DNA of 64,000 nt from Balanoglossus misakiensis. Lineage: Eukaryota; Animalia; Hemichordata. The notes beneath the pieces are model-generated. The model saw only the letters and a list, made by a program, of their open reading frames with translations. It did no database searches and was not told the origin of the DNA. Positions within the stretch are counted from its first letter, which is position 1. Each line of letters starts with the position of its first letter. Below are positions 42,181-53,314 of the stretch, piece by piece. The translations under genes and the position numbers were made by a program. The DNA lies in NCBI GenBank assembly GCA_040954595.2, contig JBECUI020000025.1, positions 186,001 through 250,000 on the forward strand, written 5' to 3'.

Positions 42181-45100
42181 CTAATTACTCTTGTGTACCG
42201 GCTGCTCTCCAAAGTACTTCTTATCGGGAGTATCCCAGAGATTCGGCCACTGTCCGTTCCCCGTAATAAGCCAAAATCCTAACTCCGGATGTTCGGGGAT
42301 GTCCCTCACAAAGGTTTTGTAGTCCTGAATTTCCTCTCTGGGGTCGTTCGGATCGGCACCTGCCTGCTTGTTCCGAGAAACAAGGGCAAAATCAGTTTTA
42401 GAACTGCCAAAAACCTCACGATGAATGGCGGGGAATAACTCCACACCACTTATGGTCGTTGCAGAATTTCCATCATCACTGTAGACGGTCGTTCCCGTCC
42501 CGGTTCCTCGTATTTCAAGGGAAGATTCGGCATTCACCTCCATCATGTACCAATGATTGCCTTGGGTATTGCTCGTGCCGTCGGTTAAAAAATCCGTAAT
42601 ACTGCTACTCGGTCCGTAGGCAGATAATGCCAATCCCGGTGCGTATTCGTTTCCGGCTGCTGCCCTATCGAAATAGGTGAAAAAAATATGTCCCCAGCTA
42701 CCGATTTCTGCAACCCCTGCAATAGCACCGAAATCCGTGCCGACGGCACCGTCTGCTCTTCTCACCTCTGCAGTGGAAAACCCGGATGTTATAGGGTGTT
42801 CAAAATAATTAGCATCTTGGATACCATTCCCTACCATTCCCCCAACCTTATTGTTGCCAATTACCCTTCCCGTTGCATAACCACGGACCTCCCCAGCCGA
42901 CGAATAACCGATTAAACCGCCAACCTGCTCGCTCCCAACGATCTCTCCCGTTGAATATCCGAGAGAAAGTGGAACATTATAAGTCTCTCCAGCAAGACCG
43001 CCAACCTGCTCGCTACCAACGATCTTTCCCGTTGAATATCCTATTATGCCGAGGTCATCCCAATCACTCGCCTGTGCATAACCAACGAGTCCTCCAACAT
43101 AGTCCCTTCCTTTTACCGGACCGGTAGTGTATCCTTGTATCATTATACCAATTACGAACCCGGCAAAACCACCTGCGTAATGAGCATCCCCTTCTACAAA
43201 TGCATTGCTGCTTATTTGTGTCCATATTATCCGAGGACCAGCAAGAGAGACTGCATATCCAGCGATTCCACCGACGAGTGAGATATCCCCCTTAGCATTT
43301 CCTACTTGAAATCCTGCTTTAATATCCGCTTGCCGTTCTCCGTTTACAGTTTTTTCATTTTCTATTCGTACGGCAATATTGCTTATAACACCAATAGCAA
43401 GCCCGCCTACTGTCCCAACTATCGCCTTGCCTGCCACTGATGGATCAATAAAGGTAATGTTTTTTATTTCCGCTCCCGTGGAAACACCAAAAAGACCGAC
43501 CCCCACCATCTCGGGACGGTTAATATACAAGTCGCTAATTGTGTGCCCTGCCCCGTCAAAACTACCGGAAAAAGTTTGACTGCGATCGGGAACCAATCCT
43601 GGCATGTGAAAAAGGGACTGAGCGAAATTGAACTGTGCAGTCCCTACCGGATCAAATCCCTCCAGTGGAAATCCGTAGGTTCCGGGACTGGGAAAAACTA
43701 TGTCGGTTTTTAATTGGTAGTCTCCAGTTTTGTCATGCTGCATGTTCTGTAGGTCTCGCCAGCTATATATATCGAATGTCGGAGATTTACTCTTCTGCAA
43801 GGTATCATTCGTTAACCCAAGAGAAATCGCCACTCCGCTTCGCTTGACAATCAATACAATGTTTATTTCCGTTTCCGATTCTAACATGTCCCACTCTGCC
43901 TTGCTCATCTGCGGTCCTACGCCGATTCTGCCACTTTCTTCACTAATAATATCCGATGTATCACCACTATCGTACACTACCGTCCCGTCTGTTTTTTCTA
44001 TCCGTATCTGCGCAGTTAAATCTGCCTTACTGTTCTCGTTCGGCAAAAGAAAGAGAAAGGGATTGTTAAAGTCTCCTATGCTAAACCAATTCTGCGATTC
44101 ATCTCCAATGCCGGGCTTATAGGTATAACCTGCTTGGGGTGTCGCCCCCACATAAACCGTTACGCTTACTCTTTTGCTTGACCCATACATGGTGCTGTCA
44201 AGCGAAGTGGCTGTTATCTGTACGTTATACATTCCGTCCGGGACTGTTCGGGCTACTGTTATTTCCGTACCTGCTGCATGAATAGTAAATCCTTCTACTG
44301 TATTCCCAGACTGGTTTTTTGCTACTACTGTATACGCCGCTGCTCCTGCAGGAATGCTTGTTGTTCCACTTATGGTTCCACCACCTGTTGGAAGGGTTCC
44401 ACTTGTATCGTACGAAAGTTCATACTGTTCCAGAGACGGAACTACCCGTAATTGCATCGTATGCTCCAGCGTCCCTCCATAGTTACTTGTTCCCACAACA
44501 TTTACTTGAATTATGAACGTCAGGTCTACTGCTGTTGTCTCATCGGTGGCATAACTCACCTGTACACTGCCGGTTGTTTCATCAATCACAATGCCACTTG
44601 TTGCTGGACTCAATGCATATTGAAACGTTATTATTGCAGGAAGCGTTGTTCCTTCTCTATTAATTTCAAATCTCTGTTCCACCCCACGAACTGCCGTTAA
44701 GGGTCCGGATCCATAACTCAACACATACTCGTTAATGTTTCGTTCCGCTATGACTATCTCTACTGTTGCAACTACTGTTCCTTCATAGCCACTCGCGGTT
44801 GCTGTTATTTCTATTGAATAGGTGCCAACATTCGGATAACTTGTCCCAAATGATATGGTTCCGTTCGTCCCATCTATCTCTACCCCCTCCGTTTATCATC
44901 CTTGGTCTTCGTAAAAAGTGTTAGCGGAAAACTGTCTGTTACCGTTGCTCCAAATACGCGCCGATCCCCATATACAACCTCTATGCGATTATCGTCGTCG
45001 TACGATAATGTTACATCTACCGGTATCGGTGGTGTACCACTTCTATCACCACTTCGTTGCTTCCTCTTTGATCTTCATAATTCAAGAATGTTACTGCGAC

Positions 45101-48100
45101 TACAAGACGATACACTCCTGCCGATACTCCAGCTGATACAATAATATCTCCTGCATCTGCTCCTGAGTCGTCTACCGCAAATCCTCCGTTCGCCGGGGCG
45201 TACATCGATACTATAACGGGGAAGTGCTCTGCCGGTATTGTGTTCGTCGTTGGACTGATCCGAACACTCTCATCTGTTTGCACAGTTTGTTGATCTACGT
45301 AGCTAAACTCGTAGCTGTCCATCGACGATGCACCTACGCTGACTGTTGCTGTTGTTTCCAACCGACCCCGATAGTTTGTGCCTAAAAACTCCACGTCAAT
45401 TTGGTAGTCCCCAGCTGGTACTCCACTCCAATGGTCAGTCTTCCGTCTGCTCCCACTGAAAACAGATTCCCCGATACCGGATTCCATGAACCGACTTCTT
45501 CTTTTCGTACTTCTTTTATTGTATATCGCCTCCCCTTACATCGGAAGGTACCCCAACTTGCACAACTGCATAACTCTTCTCTATTCCGTATTCCGCATTA
45601 CTGTCAACTGTATAACTTATGCTCCCACTTATTGTTGGTGGAATTACAATACAACACTTATGGCTGCCTGCTTGCTTGTATCCGCTACCGATTCAGCCGT
45701 TAATGTTGCTACTCCATCTCATCTCCGTTTATCGTAATGCTCCTCGATCCTGTTTCCAATACTGCCTCTTCTCCGACTGCTGTACCCGTCTCAATGCTTA
45801 CCAGTACACGCTGACTGCTTGTCCAACGAATCGTCTGGTCCGACTGCGCGAGGTTCTCAATTTCTAGGACCGCAACTATTTCATGTGAAGTATCCCTCTC
45901 TATTTCTCGGGTCCCTGTTCCTTCTATCTGAATGCTGATTATTCCATTACTCCGTATTTGCTCTGGGGGGCTCCACGTTCCCTTCTCCGTATTCCCGTCT
46001 GCTCCTGCTTCCGTATTAATTGCTTGTACTCGTACTTGATAATTTACTCCACCTTCTGCTACGGTCGTACTTGCTTGGGTCTCCGACCCGCGATAGATCT
46101 GTTGCCACGCCTCCTGGGTATTCCGACGATACTGAGCTTCATACTCTACCAATCCATCCGTATTCCCGTCTCTCTGCTTCCCGGCTGTCGAGGCATCCCA
46201 CTCAATTGCTAATACCTTCAAACCCTGATTATCCGTTTTTTTCCGAATATTTGCAGGAATGCTCGGCGCTGTGGAATAGTCGTCAGGGCTGCCATCTGTA
46301 CACTTAACTGTTCAGATAATACTTCTTCTTTGTTCCCCTTTGCCACCACCTGTACATGTACACACACTCCCTGCTGTTAAACCGCTTAGATCTGTACTCG
46401 TTGCACTTATATCCGTTGCTACTCGATCCCCTCTATCCCCTGCTAATGTAGAACGATACACATCATATACGGGAATAACCTTGCTCCCTGTCGATGTGTA
46501 CCCGATACTCCCTTCTTGCCAGTTCAACACAAAAGTCATTTGTCCAACTGCACTTGAGATTAACCCGCTTGCACTTCCTATCGTTTCCGCGAGATCCAGC
46601 CATACCCCACTGCTTTCCGCTTCGGTCAATACCGTACTTCCCTCGCTTTCTAATCCCTCTTCGTTGGTCGCTGTTACAACAAAACTGTACTGGGTATTTC
46701 CCTTCAGGTTCCCTATCTCTGCTGTTGTTGCCAAACTCTCTCCTATCTTGTTTATTCGTAACTGTGCTGGACTATTCTTTGTTGGAATGCTTGCTCCTTC
46801 TTCCCAGTAGACCGTATAAAAAGAGAGTTCGGTCGAACAATCCTCCAGATCCGGTGCCCGTATTCGTAACGGCTTGCCATTGTATCGTTGCCGTAAGGGT
46901 TCGGTCTCCGTCATCTGTTGGGGTAATTGCTCGGGTCTCTCCAATCATAAGTCCCGCCCGGCGCCTCGGGTGGAAGTGCTGCTGACAGCGATATCTGTAA
47001 GAGGGCATCTGCGATCGCACTGTCATCGGCTTCTGCTGTTGCAATAATGCTTATGTTTCCATCCGAAATAGCCTTATACGAAGGGTATTCCCTTCTTCTG
47101 TTATACTGACAAAACTAGATAACTGTCCGCTCGTCGCCGAGTACCCCCACGTTACGCTCCCTGATACGTTCTCCCTATCAACTTCCGCTGTTAATTGATA
47201 ATCACTAATGCTGTTGAGGGTCCCACTTCGATCTATTTCCACTCCATCCAAAAGAAGGCTCACACCTCGCACTCCATTGCTTACCATGCGCGTATTCACC
47301 CAGCTACTTGCTAACGGTTCCGCACTCCGTCGTCATTCACGGCTCTCATCTCTATTTCGTATTCTACTGCAGCGTTCAGTTCTGTTATTGTTACTCCGAT
47401 TTGTTCGGTCTCTATCAGTATTTGTATTGTTTCCGCTGAGTTTACCCAACTCTCACTTCCATCTCCCGTATACAGGCGATAGCGTACCTCGTAAGCGCAG
47501 CGCGAGTTCTCCCCCTCCTGCATCCGTTCCCGGTTGTACCGGATCAATGATAAACTGTAGTGCTCTTACTCGTTGATAACTTGGATCTTTTTCTCCTATA
47601 ACCGGTATCCGGGGGCTGATGTTTCGTTTGTTTCTTCAACTACTTCATTACTTCCCCCTCCCTCAAGTCCCTCTGCATTCATGGCTGTTACCATAAAATG
47701 TACCACCGTTCCGCTTGCCAATGCTGTGGGAATAGAAAAGGTAAAGGAGTTCTCCACTGTTGTCGGTACCCCGTCGTAGTCCCTCAACGTCACCAATCTG
47801 TCTGCTGCCCAATTACTTTATACGTATCAAACTGGGAAGGCTCTCCGGCTAATGTCTTCCCAAAATGCACCGGTACGTCCCAGATAAGCTGATGCTCTCC
47901 GCATTCTTGCCATTGACCCGAAGGTTGCTTGGGGCTGCCGGTCGTTCGTTTAAGAGAGTTAGCACTGGTTCCGGGTTCGCTACCGGAGCTGAGTCCCCCT
48001 CTACTGTCTTCACGATAACACGATAATCGTACTCCTGTTCCGGTGTTAACCCGCTTACTCGATAATGTACACGGGCCCCTCAACAAAGAGTATCTCTCCG

Positions 48101-48356
48101 ATCTTTTGTTCCCACTGGCTTGTACCAACTTCTCGTATTTCTACTACGTAGTCGGTTACTTCTACTCCACTCGGTGGTCTCCAGGTAAAATCTACGTTGT
48201 TCCCGTTCGATCTCCTACTTGCACATCCTCGACCGCTGGAACTACAAGTGTACTTCCAGTACTAGTGCTTCCGCACGAAAGCAATACTACACCGGTTATT
48301 ATAACTATAACTGCTACAATAACTACATTTACAGATCGAATTATTTTTCGACTCAT
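42181..48356 (-). CDS. giant surface lipoprotein, copy B; same architecture with a different GLUG-type domain; 5' ~3.3 kb fragmented by many indels
   Basis: Start MSRKIIRSV...LLSC at 48356 after AGGAG. Fragments 45017-48128 match copy A. The 3' part (ORF 42181-44724) is open and includes FSGSFDGAGHTISDLYI..VGLFG and GLUG-like repeats. Confidence 0.75.
42916..43041. repeat. 45-bp direct repeat at 81-bp period inside the copy-B variable domain
   Basis: 42916-42960 vs 42997-43041 differ at 2 positions; encode GYSTG(K/E)IVGSEQVGG. Confidence 0.85.
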
Positions 48357-48400
48357 GTTATTCTCCTACTTATGCACTCAAAAACAATCAGCTAACTAGT

Positions 48401-48429
48401 AGTATAAGCACATTATGTCGCTACGGCAA
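48401..48429 (-). promoter_or_regulatory. sigma70 promoter for the lipoprotein pair
   Basis: TTGCCG-N17-TATACT upstream of copy B. The 31-bp gap before copy A shows only an RBS. Confidence 0.55.
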
Positions 48430-48449
48430 GTATAATGGCGAACGGTGCA

Positions 48450-50342
48450 CTAACTATTGCCAAGCATTGCAAGAAACTCTTCTTCGCTTATGCAGGGAAT
48501 ATTCATTGCACGTGCTGTTTGTGCTTTGCTGCTCTCTGATTGAAGATCATTACATACTAAGTAATCAAGGCTCTTCCCTACCTGCGAAACAACCCGTCCA
48601 CCAGCGGCTGTAACAAGGGCTGCTGCCTCTTTTCTCCCCATGCGGCTCATTGTGCCGGTAAAACAAAATGTTTTATCCATCAGATTGCGGGGTTTGTTCT
48701 TTTGAATAATAGTAACAAAACCCATATCAATAAGTTCATTCATTTCTTCTGCTAATTCCTGGAGCCCTTCAACAAGGGCTTCAGCGGTTATTTCACCAAC
48801 TCCAGCAATAGTTGATAACTCTTCCACAGTAGCTGCACGTAAAGATTTAAGGGTTGTATAACCTGCACGGACAAGGAGTTGTATGGTGAGTCCTCCAACT
48901 CCGGTAATGTCAAACCCCGCAATAATTGTTCAAGCTGCATCTCACGTTGATTATGAACCGACGTAATAAGTTTTTCAGCTAGTATATCTCCAATACGATC
49001 CAATGCAGATAATTCTTCTTTCTTCAGACTGTACAGGTCTCCTATCCTTCGTAGATGACCTTTCTCGAAGAGACGGTCAACAAGTCCCTTACCGAAGCCG
49101 CGGATAGAGTGCACCATAATCCATTTATCAATACGATGGCGTCTTCGAAGTGGGCAAGCAGGATTCGGACAGTATACTCGTGTCGGATTAACAATAATAG
49201 TACTCTTGCATTCCGAACAAACTGGAGGGGGAAGGGGCAGATCTCCAGCATCGTCCGGTACCGCTACAACTGCTTCTATTTTTGGAATAATCTCACCCCG
49301 TTTACTAATGAGTACCCTGACATTTCGTCGGAGTCCCAATGTTTTAATCATCTCCATGTTTACCAGCGACGCACGCCGCACCGTTGTACCAGCAAGTTGA
49401 ACCGCTTCTACAATAGCTACCGGCGTATACAGATGTCCCGATTGCTGCCAACTGACATCAAGGAGGGTAGTCTCTGCCATGTCCGGCTGAAACTTGAAGG
49501 CAACTTGTCGTTCCGGTCGACTCCGCTGAGAATCGATATAATCAAAGTGGAGTGGCTTGATTATAAGTCCATCAATTTCGTAATTCAGCTCCTGTCGTGT
49601 CTTATACACGAAACTATGGTATTCCACTACCGCATCAGCACTGGAAACAATGCGGTAACGAACAGGTTCAAAGCCCTGTTCCTTTAGCCAAATGATCTTC
49701 TCATCTTCGCGGGGGAATATACATTCTCGGGATTACTCTCTAGGCCGGGGCATCGTAACAAAGCAGTTCGGCGTGTTCTACCCCTACCCCATCCTTGCGC
49801 TTCATAATTCCGTTAACAGTGTTTCGACAATTTGCCTGCTCAAAATAGTATTTACGATGTACTGATTTTCGCATAATAACTTCACCGCGCACTGCCCCTG
49901 AGAATGCAGAAGCTATCTGTCTCGGTACACCTGCAAGGGTTTTAACATTATGTGTTAGATCATCCCCTACATGCCCATTTCCGCGCGATACTGCATATTG
50001 CAGCAAACCGTTATGATACTGTAACTCCAAACTCATACCATCCAGCTTGTCTTCTACAAGATATTCAGGATATTGTCGTTGTGTTGCCCAGTGCATAAAG
50101 GCGGCAGAATCCTGCACCTTGTCCTGACTGTGCATGAACATAATATGTTCTCTCTTACTAAAGGCCTCGCTTGCATCGATACCAATTTCCTGAAAAAGAG
50201 CATTGTCAGGATCTAGTTTCTTTAATCTATCCCAGAGGCGATCGTACTGTGCATCAGCAACCTCCGGAGTGCCATTGTAATAGCTATTCTGCAACCGGCG
50301 TATATGCTCTGCTAAAAGTTTTGGATCATCCGAGTCATTCAT
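48450..50342 (-). CDS. ligA: NAD-dependent DNA ligase, split into three ORFs by frameshifts (~49715-49750 and ~48925)
   Basis: KLDG adenylation motif, SRGNG, VRGEV, EIDGLIIK, AFKF, KRGEIIPKI, Cys zinc-finger region, HhH, and C-terminal BRCT (FCFTG..SR.EA). Confidence 0.92.
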
Positions 50343-50415
50343 ACATTTTCATCTCTCGTTACGATAACACACGACAGCAGAAACACAGCAATGCCGGTTC
50401 TGCCATGACAAATAA

Positions 50416-51024
50416 TTACACTCCGGCAATGAAAAAACTGAGCAAATCAGCATAGGTGCTACAACTCGGTATCATCGGAAACTCTTTCAAGATGCTTTCA
50501 GGAGCCCGAAAAAACATTGCCCGATCTGCGACTTGGAGCATATTGACATCATTATATGAATCGCCTGCAGCATGTACCTTCAGCTGTAAGCCCTGTAATG
50601 CTTCTACACTTCGTTTCTTCCCGTTGGGCTGACGCATCCGGTAGCCGCTAATCTTTCCGTCATCATCAACAATTAACTCATTACAAAGAAGTAATGGATA
50701 TGCCAATTTCGGCATAAGCGGTGCAATGAACTGCACAAATGTATCGGATAGGACTACAATCTGCATGTACTCTCGTAAAGACTCAATAAACTCACGCGCT
50801 CCATCGAGAAGCGACATGGTATTAATGACCTGTTGGATGTCACAAATGCCAAGGTTATGCCTTCTCAAAATCTCAAGTCTAAATTTCATAAGGGTATCGT
50901 AATTTGGTTCATCACGCGTTGTTTTTTTTAAGTCATCAATGCCTGTTTTTTCTGCAAGGTTTATCCATATCTCTGGAAAAAGGACCCCTTCTAGATCCAG
51001 GCAGGCAATATTCATAAGATTCAT
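50416..51024 (-). CDS. thrH: phosphoserine phosphatase / homoserine phosphotransferase ThrH (HAD)
   Basis: CLDLEGVL.PEIW, TTRDEP.YD.LM, LSDTF, AAGDSYND. Confidence 0.93.
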   Translation of the reverse strand: MNLMNIACLDLEGVLFPEIWINLAEKTGIDDLKKTTRDEPNYDTLMKFRLEILRRHNLGICDIQQVINTMSLLDGAREFIESLREYMQIVVLSDTFVQFIAPLMPKLAYPLLLCNELIVDDDGKISGYRMRQPNGKKRSVEALQGLQLKVHAAGDSYNDVNMLQVADRAMFFRAPESILKEFPMIPSCSTYADLLSFFIAGV

Positions 51025-51185
51025 ACTATTATTATATATGTTTGCTGGAATGAAGGTGTTTTGTCAAGAGTTGTGTGCCTAATCTACATTCTCAATAATC
51101 GGTAGTTGTACATCCCCGCTTCTTTTAATACCCCCCTGAATTCGGATAGATAGGCCTTGGGTTTACTTGACAAACATAAAGGTAT

Positions 51186-51278
51186 TAAACTAATAATAGT
51201 TTATATTAAAGCAAATAGAAGGAACTGCGAAAAAGCGATATGACCCTTTAACAGGCGGTTTTTCGCTTGTGCTATAAT
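51186..51278 (+). promoter_or_regulatory. operator-like palindrome, hairpin and extended -10 promoter upstream of the sugar isomerase gene
   Basis: TAAACTA-ATAA-TAGTTTA (51186-51203) just downstream of TTGACA (51167); GCGAAAAA...TTTTTCGC stem; TGCTATAAT at 51270-51278; RBS AGGAGG. Confidence 0.5.
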
Positions 51279-51298
51279 GGCTTACAGGAGGTGAAAAA

Positions 51299-52096
51299 AT
51301 GCAAATAGCTGTATGTACATGGTCGCTTCAATCCCAACAAGATGAGATCATTCCTATAATGAATAGATTTGGAGTGTCAAATATCCATCTCGGACTCAGC
51401 CCCTTCTTGGATGATTATGACCGGGCAAAGGAGATTGCCGCTGCCTTGCATATTACCGCTACAATGATTGATTTCCCACAGGAAGATTATACAACCTTGG
51501 AAAGCATACAAAAAACAGGGGGAATATTCCCAGACGATTGCTGGCAAAGCAACCGATCTGTCTTTATTAATGCGGTGGAATTGACCCGGGTCCTTAACCA
51601 GAGGTATTTAAGTTTCCATGCAGGGTTTATTGATAAAGATAATTCCGAGCACTTTGAAAAGATGCAAAGACGTGTTGCAGAACTTGCAGACATTGCAGGC
51701 AGGCAGGGCATTGATATCCTTTTGGAAACAGGTCAAGAATATGCAGAAGAATTAATTAGCTTTTTAAGCAGGGTAGATCGCCCGAATGTCGGCATTAATT
51801 TTGACCCGGGAAATATGATCTTATATAATAAGGGTAATCCTCTTGCTGCGCTGGAAAAACTATTTCCTTGGATTAAGCATATTCATATCAAGGATGCAGT
51901 TCATACTACGGAACCCGGCACATGGGGAAAAGAAGTTCCCTGGGGGAGTGGGGATCTTGATATAGAGAGTTTTATTGCCCTGCTAAAAAAACTTCAATAC
52001 AATGCCGCACTTGCTATAGAACGGGAGGCTGGAACAACAAGAATTGCGGATATAGCAGGGGCAATACGGAAACTAAAAACAAGTCTCCATTCATAA
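51299..52096 (+). CDS. sugar phosphate isomerase/epimerase (xylose isomerase-like TIM barrel)
   Basis: HAGF, LETGQE, NFDPGN, HIHIKD, E..WG.G and IERE metal-ligand motifs. Confidence 0.88.
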   Translation: MQIAVCTWSLQSQQDEIIPIMNRFGVSNIHLGLSPFLDDYDRAKEIAAALHITATMIDFPQEDYTTLESIQKTGGIFPDDCWQSNRSVFINAVELTRVLNQRYLSFHAGFIDKDNSEHFEKMQRRVAELADIAGRQGIDILLETGQEYAEELISFLSRVDRPNVGINFDPGNMILYNKGNPLAALEKLFPWIKHIHIKDAVHTTEPGTWGKEVPWGSGDLDIESFIALLKKLQYNAALAIEREAGTTRIADIAGAIRKLKTSLHS

Positions 52097-52213
52097 CCCT
52101 CCGCCTTGCTCCGAGCTTGTTTGCAGCACTATGTAATCCCATTGCAGAAAACGAAGTCTTATGTCAAGGCATGAACACTGGACATACAATAGGAAGTAGA
52201 CTATTATAAAGCA

Positions 52214-53260
52214 ATGTTTGCAAGACAAAAACATGTTTCGATACGGATTTGTAACCGAAGAATATTCGTACTTGTTATGCTTGGCTTGTTTCTTTCCGCT
52301 TGCGGATCACCTCCCCCCCAGGAATTTTCTCAGTATATCTTCGGCACATACATTACCATTACCGTGTATGAGACCATTGATGAAGCGATTATTGACGATA
52401 TTTTTCTTCTAAACAAGGAAATCCAAGACTCAATGAGTACCAGCCCGGACTATGAAAACAGCGAATTGATGAAATTGAACCAATCAAATCCCCAGACCAG
52501 AATCCAGCTCAGCCCCGCTACCCATCATGTATTACAACGAGCATGGGAGTTTGCGCAATCCAGCAATGGGGCATTCGATCCAACCATCCATCCATTAGTC
52601 AAACTCTGGAATGTACAAGGTGAATCCCCCGTAGTCCCTTCTCCGGAAGCAATAGAGCATGCCCGTTCATTAGTGAACTATCAAAACCTGCATTTCCTTG
52701 AAGACAGACATGTATACTTTGAAGAATCCGGGATGGGAGTTGATGTCGGGGGCATTGCAAAGGGTTATGCCGGCATGATAGCAAGCGAAGCCCTTCTCCA
52801 ACATAAGGTTGCAACTGCCCTTCTCGATTTTGGCGGTAATATTCTCCTTATCGGCGAAAAACCCGATAAAACCCCGTGGCGGATCGGTGTACGAGACCCC
52901 GACGGCTCACCCAACGACTATCTCGGTATTCTTGAAGGATTAACCGATACTTCGGTAGTAACTAGTGGTTCCTACGAGCGTTTTTTCGTGCAAGATGGCA
53001 TTCGCTATCATCATATTCTGGACCCGAAAACCGGCAGCCCATCAAGAAGTAATTTAAAGAGCGTTACTATAGTAACAGATGATGCCGTCGCTGCAGATGC
53101 ATTAAGCACTGCTTGTTACGTCCTGGGAAGCGAAGATGCTATACAATACATGAAAAACTACCAGGATATTGACTACATCTTTATCACCCGGACAACAATC
53201 TTTATATCAGTACCGGACTTCGAACTTTTTTTACTCTTACCAACAACGACTACGTACTAG
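52214..53260 (+). CDS. apbE: FAD:protein FMN transferase (ApbE/Ftp) lipoprotein
   Basis: Lipobox LSAC; GAFDPTI, D.GGIAKGY, TSGSYER, YHHILDPKTG, ADALSTA. Promoter TGGACA-N17-TATTAT at 52179-52207. Confidence 0.92.
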   Translation: MFARQKHVSIRICNRRIFVLVMLGLFLSACGSPPPQEFSQYIFGTYITITVYETIDEAIIDDIFLLNKEIQDSMSTSPDYENSELMKLNQSNPQTRIQLSPATHHVLQRAWEFAQSSNGAFDPTIHPLVKLWNVQGESPVVPSPEAIEHARSLVNYQNLHFLEDRHVYFEESGMGVDVGGIAKGYAGMIASEALLQHKVATALLDFGGNILLIGEKPDKTPWRIGVRDPDGSPNDYLGILEGLTDTSVVTSGSYERFFVQDGIRYHHILDPKTGSPSRSNLKSVTIVTDDAVAADALSTACYVLGSEDAIQYMKNYQDIDYIFITRTTIFISVPDFELFLLLPTTTTY

Positions 53261-53314
53261 TAGACAACTTTGAGTAATAATAATACTATACCTGTATTAC
53301 CCAGAGGAGAAATC

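Larger units (their letters stand above)
36040..48367. repeat. tandem direct duplication, unit ~6.1-6.2 kb (36040-42160 and 42181-48367)
   Basis: Near-identity 37409-42160 vs 43643-48367; identity 36040-36117 vs 42181-42258; divergent 36118-37408 vs 42259-43642. Confidence 0.92.

Noticed and set aside
42150-42212. Longer N-terminus of copy A (ORF start 42212), and ORF 36000-36434
   Set aside because: These are alternate-frame readings of the conserved tail. The RBS and the signal peptide place the start at 42149.
36118-43642. Diversity-generating retroelement (TR/VR) explanation for the variable tips
   Set aside because: The differences are not adenine-restricted, span >1 kb with indels, and no reverse transcriptase is present in the window.
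36040-48367. Mobile element or prophage origin of the duplication
   Set aside because: No transposase, integrase, terminal inverted repeats or phage genes were seen.
48450-50342. ligA pseudogene
   Set aside because: The gene is normally essential and all domains are present in order; the breaks look like sequencing errors.
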